Positions 58,455 through 64,000 of a stretch of 64,000 nt of DNA are shown one piece after another. The notes beneath the pieces are model-generated. The model had not been told where the DNA came from and searched no databases. It saw nothing but the letters and a program-made list of their open reading frames with translations. The position numbers and the translations under genes are program-made. Within the stretch, counting starts at the first letter, position 1. The number at the start of each line of letters is the position of its first letter. This DNA comes from Wenzhouxiangellaceae bacterium (lineage in GTDB: Bacteria > Pseudomonadota > Gammaproteobacteria > Xanthomonadales > Wenzhouxiangellaceae): NCBI GenBank assembly GCA_039794245.1, contig JBDIVS010000004.1, forward strand, positions 7,109 through 71,108, in the 5' to 3' direction.

Positions 58455-58705
58455 ACCCAACAGTTGCATAAATTCCCTGGATTCTCGGCCAAGCGGGTGA
58501 GTACATCCAACTGTTGCATAAATTCCCGGAATTCTCGGTCAAGTGGGCGAGAAACCGGGCGCGTCACCCCAGGTGAATTCGATGCTTTAACTAAAATTCT
58601 CATAACTTATTGATTTAATGAAGAAATATATAAATTCGAGCAAAATTTATGCAACTGTTGGGTACGGCTTGTCCGATTGCCGCACTCGGCGTCCGGAAGG
58701 CGCTT
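58455..58705 (+). mobile_element. Nested MITE-like elements: a complete short variant (58505-58663) inserted into a truncated long variant (58455-58504 plus 58664 to about 58705)
   Basis: 58455-58504 matches the first 50 nt of 31944-32184. 58505-58663 matches 1182-1355 apart from a 15-nt deletion. 58664-58705 resumes homology to the long-variant interior (GCTTG.CCGATTGCC...GCGTC.GGAA.GC). Confidence 0.75.
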
Positions 58706-59609
58706 ATCGTTGCCGCGGTTCGGCAAAGCGGCGCGCCTGGGCGGGTAGGTCAACGGCGGGGAGTTGGAATACCAGCACCCGGTGCCGGCGCCGGTCGATC
58801 GCGTAAATGGTGCGCTCGCCGCCGTAGTCCCAGGCGAAGGCCTGGCCCTCGGCACCGATGGCGATGGTCGCGATATGCACCAGCACACTGCCCTGGGCCG
58901 GCAGACCCAGCACGTAGAGTGCGGGACGATCGTGGCCCATCACGTACAACAGCCCATCATCGCCCAGGGCGCCGCCGGAGACCGAGTAGGGCGCCAGGCG
59001 TTGCAACACGGCTTCGGGGAACATCCACCCGGCTTGCCGGCGCCAGCGGTCGTCGTAGTGAATCAACACCGTGTGGCGGTGATCGAGATTTTCCGGCGGG
59101 CGATGGTCATAATGGGCGAAACAGGCCAGGTAGCCGCCGTTCCACGGCAACACCCAGGTCAGCGATCCAGGCAGGTCGATGCCCAGGCTGTGGCTGGCGG
59201 CGGGTTGAAGTGTCTGCGTATCGAACCATTCGATGCTGCTCGCCATGGGTACGGCCGGATAATTGGAATGTGCGCACATGAGTTGCCGGCCGGCGACTAG
59301 GCAACTGTTGAGGTGTCGCAACGGGCCGTTTTTGCCCCCTTCCCAGAAGGCGAGTTTTTCGCCGTCGTCCTTGCGATACTTGCCGATGGTGTGGTTGTCG
59401 ATGGCATAAAAGTGCAGATCATCGACCGCCACACCCTGATCGGCCTCGTCGGCCGGGTAACTGCGCACCAGGGTGGCCCGCAGTTCGGCCTGATCGGTTG
59501 AGGTGGCCGTCAAGTGCGATCGATCAGACGCTCCGGCCGCGATAGCGGCCAGAGCGCAGCCTGAGACTAATAGCTTGGGGACAACAACCCTGCCAGCCAT
59601 GATGGACAT
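58704..59609 (-). CDS. Hypothetical secreted protein
   Basis: 301 aa from ATG 59609, sharing one nucleotide with the receptor stop. Signal peptide (VVVPKLLVSGCALAAIAAGA). No family recognised. Confidence 0.65.
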   Translation of the reverse strand: MSIMAGRVVVPKLLVSGCALAAIAAGASDRSHLTATSTDQAELRATLVRSYPADEADQGVAVDDLHFYAIDNHTIGKYRKDDGEKLAFWEGGKNGPLRHLNSCLVAGRQLMCAHSNYPAVPMASSIEWFDTQTLQPAASHSLGIDLPGSLTWVLPWNGGYLACFAHYDHRPPENLDHRHTVLIHYDDRWRRQAGWMFPEAVLQRLAPYSVSGGALGDDGLLYVMGHDRPALYVLGLPAQGSVLVHIATIAIGAEGQAFAWDYGGERTIYAIDRRRHRVLVFQLPAVDLPAQARRFAEPRQR

Positions 59610-62380
59610 CAGAAGCGGGCCGCCAATCCCGAGAAAAACGTCCGCCCGGTGAATTCGAACTCGGTGTTCTGGCGCCCGATGCCGCCCTGGAATTCGGTCG
59701 TCGGTTCGTTGTTCAGATTGATGCCCTCGACGAACAGCTTCAGGTTGTCGGTCAAATTGTATTGCACGCGGGCGTCGATGCGGCCGAATGCGCCCTGGTC
59801 CAGATCCAGTTCGCGGGTCGGACCAAAATCGGTGAGAAAGTTGTCGTTGCGCGTGTAGGTGACGGCCAGATCCCAGCGGTTTTTCTGATAATACAACGTC
59901 AGGCTGATACTGCTGTCGGCCTGCTCCAGCAACGGCAGTGTCTCCACTTCGCCGTTTCGTTCGATATCGATTTCCGAATCGAGAAACGTCACCGAGCCGG
60001 CAAATCCCAGGCCGTCGAACGGTGCGGGCAGAAACTCGAACTTGTCGATGAAATTGATCTCGATGCCCTTGACCTCGGCCGCTTGGGCGTTGATCGTGGT
60101 GGCGATTTCGAAACGGTCGAAAACCTGGCCCTGGAATTCGAAGTTTTCGAACCTTTGTTCCGGAGCGGGGACGATTTCCTTGGCGATGTCCTTGTAAAAC
60201 AGCGCCACCGAGAACAGCGATCCTTCGTCGAAATACCATTCCAGTGACAGATCGAGGTTGTCCGATTCGCGCGCTTCTAGATCCGGGTTGCCGATGCTCA
60301 GCGTGCCCACCGTGCCGACCGTGGGGTCGTCCTCGATCAATAACGACGAGCGCGGCGCCAATTGGTCGAACTCCGGGCGGCCCACGGCGCGCGTCCAGCC
60401 GGCGCGGATCAGAACATCGTCGGTCACGCCGAAAGTGGCCAACACCGTGGGCAGGATGTTGGTGTATTTGCCGCCGGCGGCAATCGGGTCGGCGCGCAAT
60501 ACGTCGTTTTGCTCGACAATGGTGAAGGCGCTGGAACTGACATTGGTCGTCTCGATCCGCAGACCGCCGATCACCGACCAGCGATCGATCGCCAGCTTAC
60601 CCATGGCGTAGGCTCCGAAAACCCGCTCGCGCAGCTTGAAATCGCTCTGGAATTCGTTCCGGAAGGTATCTTCCTCGTTGAACTTGAAAAAATCCGGATT
60701 GTCCCGGTTGGCTTCGAAAAAGGCGTTCAGCGCCGGCATGTCGATCCACAAGTTGGGCTGGCTTTGGATCGGCACCGGATTGGTGAAGCCGCCGAGATTG
60801 AAATTCGGATCGAAAGCCAGTGTCCAGGCTTGCGAGCCGAGATCGAATCGTGTCCGGGAGAAGCCGGTGTCGCGCTCCGTGCGCGTCCACTTGCCGCCGA
60901 ATTTGAGATAACTTTCGTCGGCGAAATCCAGCGCCAGATCGCGGCGCAGGTTCAATTGCCCTATCCAGGTGTTTTCCTGGCTGCGCTTTTCCTGAAAACG
61001 AACACGGCGAAAGGTTTGAAACCCGGGATCCTGGCGGTCCGGCCCCGCCGAGCTGATGGTGACCAGGCCATCGTCCGTGATGCTGAAGGTGTCCGGGCCG
61101 AATGTCCTGCTGCCGGAACGAAATTCCCAGAATGTGTTGGGTTCATCGATGTCGTTGTCGTTGCGCTGCAGCAGATAGTCGGCGGTCCAGTTGCCGATGA
61201 AGTTTTCGCCGCCGATCACTGCCGACAAAAGTTCTTTTTCCGTCGGTTCGGAGCGCTGGTTGACCTGGACGCGGTTGCCGGAGATCACGCCACTGCTGTC
61301 GTCGATCAGCTCGGTCAGATTGTCGCTCAATCCTTGCTCGAAGCGGTTGCGCAACTGCAATTCGTCCCACTCGGTATAAAATGTACGTAAATAATAACGC
61401 GAGGCGGCATTGGGTCTGAACTCGAACGCGCCGTTGAGGTTGAGCCGCTCGCGGCTGACTACGGTGACATTGTTCTTGACATTCTCCGGAAGGTTGATGA
61501 CTTGTTCGTCGCCGGTAATGGACTCGTCGGGATCGAACGTCACCGGCCGCCAGTCGTCCTGGAAGGCGCCCAACAATGGGGTCTTGCGATTTGAAAACGA
61601 CGCCCCGGCCAGCCAGCCGAAACGCTGGTCGGCGGTCTTGCCGGCGGCGGTCAGATCGGCGGTCCACGGTGTCTCTTTGGTGTCCACCGGTTCAATATTG
61701 TCGATGGACTCGATACCGGCACGGCCGTTGACCAGCAGCACGAAGTCCTCGGGATAATCGAAGGGTTGCTTGGTGGTGATGTCCAGGGTGCCGCCGATGC
61801 CCTGGCCATCCATGTCTGGCGTGCGGGTCTTGGAGACCTCGACGCTGCTCAACAACTCCCCGCCGATTACATCCAGCGGCGTCAGACGGCCGCCGTCGTC
61901 GGTTTCGCCCGAACCGATCGCTACGCCGTTGATGGTGACGTTGTTGAGCCTGGGCGAAATGCCGCGAATCTGCACGAATCGCCCTTCGCCTTTTTCTAGC
62001 AGCATCGAGACGCCGGGAATGCGATTGAGCGTTTCGCCGATGTTTTTGTCAGGGTAGCGGCCGATTTCATCGACATCGAATCGATCGACGATATTGTCGG
62101 CGGCGCGTTTGCCGTTGACCGAGTTCGCAAAATTCAGCGCCGTGCCGCGCACCGTGATCTTGTCCAGCTCGGTCTTGGCGACGGCCATTCCGCCGCCTTT
62201 TTCTTTTTCGTCCTGCGCCGCCGGATCGGTGGAGTCGGCGCTATCGCCGGATCGGGTTTCCGGCGCTTCGCCGGCCGGCGATTCGGTTTGTGTTGCCGTC
62301 TGCGCCAGTGCCGCCGGGCTACCGAATATGAGGCATAATGAGATCGTCATGGCCAGCGACCATGGAAAATGCGTGTGCAT
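59609..62380 (-). CDS. TonB-dependent outer-membrane receptor
   Basis: About 923 aa. Signal peptide, plug domain (DKITVRGTA...NRIPGV), a long beta-barrel and a C-terminal aromatic residue (...GLAARF). Confidence 0.9.
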   Translation of the reverse strand: MHTHFPWSLAMTISLCLIFGSPAALAQTATQTESPAGEAPETRSGDSADSTDPAAQDEKEKGGGMAVAKTELDKITVRGTALNFANSVNGKRAADNIVDRFDVDEIGRYPDKNIGETLNRIPGVSMLLEKGEGRFVQIRGISPRLNNVTINGVAIGSGETDDGGRLTPLDVIGGELLSSVEVSKTRTPDMDGQGIGGTLDITTKQPFDYPEDFVLLVNGRAGIESIDNIEPVDTKETPWTADLTAAGKTADQRFGWLAGASFSNRKTPLLGAFQDDWRPVTFDPDESITGDEQVINLPENVKNNVTVVSRERLNLNGAFEFRPNAASRYYLRTFYTEWDELQLRNRFEQGLSDNLTELIDDSSGVISGNRVQVNQRSEPTEKELLSAVIGGENFIGNWTADYLLQRNDNDIDEPNTFWEFRSGSRTFGPDTFSITDDGLVTISSAGPDRQDPGFQTFRRVRFQEKRSQENTWIGQLNLRRDLALDFADESYLKFGGKWTRTERDTGFSRTRFDLGSQAWTLAFDPNFNLGGFTNPVPIQSQPNLWIDMPALNAFFEANRDNPDFFKFNEEDTFRNEFQSDFKLRERVFGAYAMGKLAIDRWSVIGGLRIETTNVSSSAFTIVEQNDVLRADPIAAGGKYTNILPTVLATFGVTDDVLIRAGWTRAVGRPEFDQLAPRSSLLIEDDPTVGTVGTLSIGNPDLEARESDNLDLSLEWYFDEGSLFSVALFYKDIAKEIVPAPEQRFENFEFQGQVFDRFEIATTINAQAAEVKGIEINFIDKFEFLPAPFDGLGFAGSVTFLDSEIDIERNGEVETLPLLEQADSSISLTLYYQKNRWDLAVTYTRNDNFLTDFGPTRELDLDQGAFGRIDARVQYNLTDNLKLFVEGINLNNEPTTEFQGGIGRQNTEFEFTGRTFFSGLAARF

Positions 62381-62616
62381 GGTGAACCCCTGATAGGCCA
62401 ACTAATTGTCCGCCCATTGCAGCAAACGGATATGACTGCGGAATGTCAGAATGATGAATCTTTGATGAAATCTGGCAGTGATCTGTCGGCAGAAAAAATA
62501 TCCCATGTTGGCGTGCCCGGGTTCGCGGGAGCGGCGTTCTCAAAGCAGTCAGCCAGCCAGGTTGCCGGGTCGGTTATGTTTTTTCCGAGTTCTTCAGACT
62601 GTCGGGGAGATACGAT

Positions 62617-64000
62617 ATGAATCCGTCCGCGCCGGACCCCGGGCAACGCCCCGGGTTGGTCGGCTGGGCGCTGGGGCTGCCGTTGGCGGCGATCTTGCTG
62701 GTGGTTTTCGTGCTCGTGCCAATCGGTTTTGCGTTCTTTCTCGGCAAGGCGGCTTACGATTGGCTCGACGCCCGGTCCTGGCAGCCGGTGGAGGCGGTGA
62801 TCGAGTCGGCCGATCTGCGCCGCGAGCGAGATGCGGATCACAACGCGGTATTACAGGTAAAGGCCGTGTACCGTTATCGTTGGAATGGCGTGGAATATCG
62901 CTCGGATCGGGTCGATCTGCACCACGGTGCCGACAACATCGGCGATGATCACCAGCGTATGTACGACCGGCTGGCAGCCGCACTGGCCGCCGGTGCGCCG
63001 GTCACCGCGTGGGTCGATCCGGACAATCCCGCCGCCGCAGTGCTTGACCGCGACATGCGCAGGGGCCAGTTTGCGCTGTTGCTGTTGTTTCCGTTGCTCT
63101 TCGGCGGTGCCGGGGCGCTGATTTTTACGCAGGGGCGTCAACACCGCTACGAACAGCGCCAGCGTGCCCGGTTTCGCCGGACCTACCCGGACCAGCCGTG
63201 GCGGTGGGACACTCGCTGGCGAACGGCCGAGCTGCACAGCCGAGGACGCCCGAAGATGTGGCAGGCGATCGGCTTTGCCGTTTTTTGGAACGCGATCAGC
63301 GCACCTGTGTTATTCCTGGTGCCGAAGGAAATCGCCGGCGGCAACTGGCCGGCGCTGGCCGCGCTTGTGTTTCCGTTGGCCGGATTGGGTCTTGCGGTCT
63401 GGGCGCTGCGCAAAGTGGTCCAGCACCGGCGCTATGGCGATAGCGTGCTGGTCTTGGATTCTCTGCCGGTGCCGCTGGGCGGTCTTTTGCGCGCCACGTT
63501 GACTATTCCAGCGCGGCTCGCGGTGCGGGAAGTTACGGTGCAACTCGCCTGCATGCACAAGCAGACCACCGGATCCGGCAAGCAGCGGCGGACAACCGAA
63601 CGATTATTGTGGGAAGACCGGCATCGATTCATGACACGCCCCGGTCCCGGTCAGACTTCGGTGCGCATCGAAATGAACCTGCCGGCCGGCCAGCCGGCGA
63701 GCAGCGAGGACGATCCGAACGACCGCATCGTGTGGCGGCTGGAAGCGTTCGGCGAGGAAAAGGGCATCGATTACCGGGCGGAGTTCGAATTGCCGGTGTT
63801 CGATTCCGGTGCAGCTCCAAATCCCGCCGCCGGACTCGCCGCCGTAAACCGGCCAAAGCGGCAGTATGGTGCCGACGACTGGCGCGAGACCGGCGTCGAA
63901 CATGGCTATGTCGCCGGCGGTCAGCGCTTTTACTTTCCGCGCTTTCGAGTGACCGGCACGGGTCTCGGCACGCTGCTATTCGCGCTGGTTTTTCTCGGCG
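62617..64000 (+). CDS. DUF3592-like multi-pass membrane protein (partial; continues past the window end)
   Basis: Hand translation from ATG 62617 (preceded by GGGGAGA) gives 461 codons without a stop up to position 64000. TM, then WQPVEAVIES...VYRYRWNGVEYRSDRV, then TM, which is a DUF3592-like layout, followed by further TM/soluble modules. Not in the supplied ORF track. Confidence 0.7.
   Translation, partial: MNPSAPDPGQRPGLVGWALGLPLAAILLVVFVLVPIGFAFFLGKAAYDWLDARSWQPVEAVIESADLRRERDADHNAVLQVKAVYRYRWNGVEYRSDRVDLHHGADNIGDDHQRMYDRLAAALAAGAPVTAWVDPDNPAAAVLDRDMRRGQFALLLLFPLLFGGAGALIFTQGRQHRYEQRQRARFRRTYPDQPWRWDTRWRTAELHSRGRPKMWQAIGFAVFWNAISAPVLFLVPKEIAGGNWPALAALVFPLAGLGLAVWALRKVVQHRRYGDSVLVLDSLPVPLGGLLRATLTIPARLAVREVTVQLACMHKQTTGSGKQRRTTERLLWEDRHRFMTRPGPGQTSVRIEMNLPAGQPASSEDDPNDRIVWRLEAFGEEKGIDYRAEFELPVFDSGAAPNPAAGLAAVNRPKRQYGADDWRETGVEHGYVAGGQRFYFPRFRVTGTGLGTLLFALVFLG

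Noticed and set aside
58447-58671. Possible 7-8-bp target-site duplication: ACGGCTT(A) immediately left of 58455 and ACGGCTT(G) immediately right of 58663.
   Set aside because: The right-hand ACGGCTTG continues into about 40 nt that align with the interior of the long element variant. It is therefore better explained as part of an interrupted resident copy. No comparable duplication flanks the copies at 1182-1355 or 31944-32184. I treat the left-hand 7-mer match as a probable coincidence.
62448-62470. Fur-box-like AT-rich stretch (AATGATGAATCTTTGATGAAATC) upstream of the TonB-dependent receptor.
   Set aside because: It matches roughly half of the GATAATGATAATCATTATC consensus and needs a 1-nt insertion to stay in register. 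That is not enough to call a Fur site.
1-64000. Checked for tRNA, rRNA, CRISPR arrays, and integrase, transposase or phage genes.
   Set aside because: I saw no tRNA-like T-arm motifs in intergenic regions, no regularly spaced direct repeats and no recombinase-like ORFs. This was a scan by eye, so tRNAscan-SE, Infernal and a CRISPR finder should confirm it.

Overview
This is a 64-kb window from a very GC-rich genome (GC judged by eye). Gene content and order suggest a gammaproteobacterium, which is inference only. All product calls come from reading the supplied translations for family motifs. No database search was run.

The backbone is housekeeping:
- tsaE-nnr and queG.
- A complete dcw division/cell-wall cluster, mraZ-rsmH-ftsL-ftsI-murE-murF-mraY-ftsW-murG-murC-ddl-ftsQ-ftsA-ftsZ-lpxC (8047-24378, + strand). 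Its genes overlap by 1-4 nt up to ddl and by 8-28 nt at ddl/ftsQ/ftsA. murD is absent from its usual slot.
- pntAA-pntAB-pntB, an RND pump with its adaptor, a FecCD-type ABC importer, rppH, pilS-pilR, sucCD, nadE, a RidA-family gene and a PagL-like gene.

Between these sit small islets that look lower in GC:
- Two type II toxin-antitoxin pairs: DUF1778/GNAT at 3775-4537 and RHH/RelE at 44414-44885.
- An orphan AAA_14/DUF4143 ATPase.
- A truncated Sel1-repeat gene.
- A TonB-dependent receptor locus.

The most unusual signal is a dispersed, non-autonomous MITE-like element family with 20-bp terminal inverted repeats, seen at five loci. One locus is a nested insertion. Two inverted copies bracket a SPOR gene. 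One copy supplies the stop codon of relE.

The most interesting coding system is a translationally coupled four-gene operon on the minus strand (35211-39874). It encodes a GMC oxidoreductase, a retropepsin-like protease, a 7TM inactive transglutaminase and a RimK-like ATP-grasp ligase. This neighbourhood has been predicted before but is biochemically uncharacterised.

A long open frame at 62617 to the window end (DUF3592-like membrane protein) is missing from the supplied ORF track. I saw no rRNA, tRNA or CRISPR array. Most long antisense ORFs in the track are GC-driven shadow frames.
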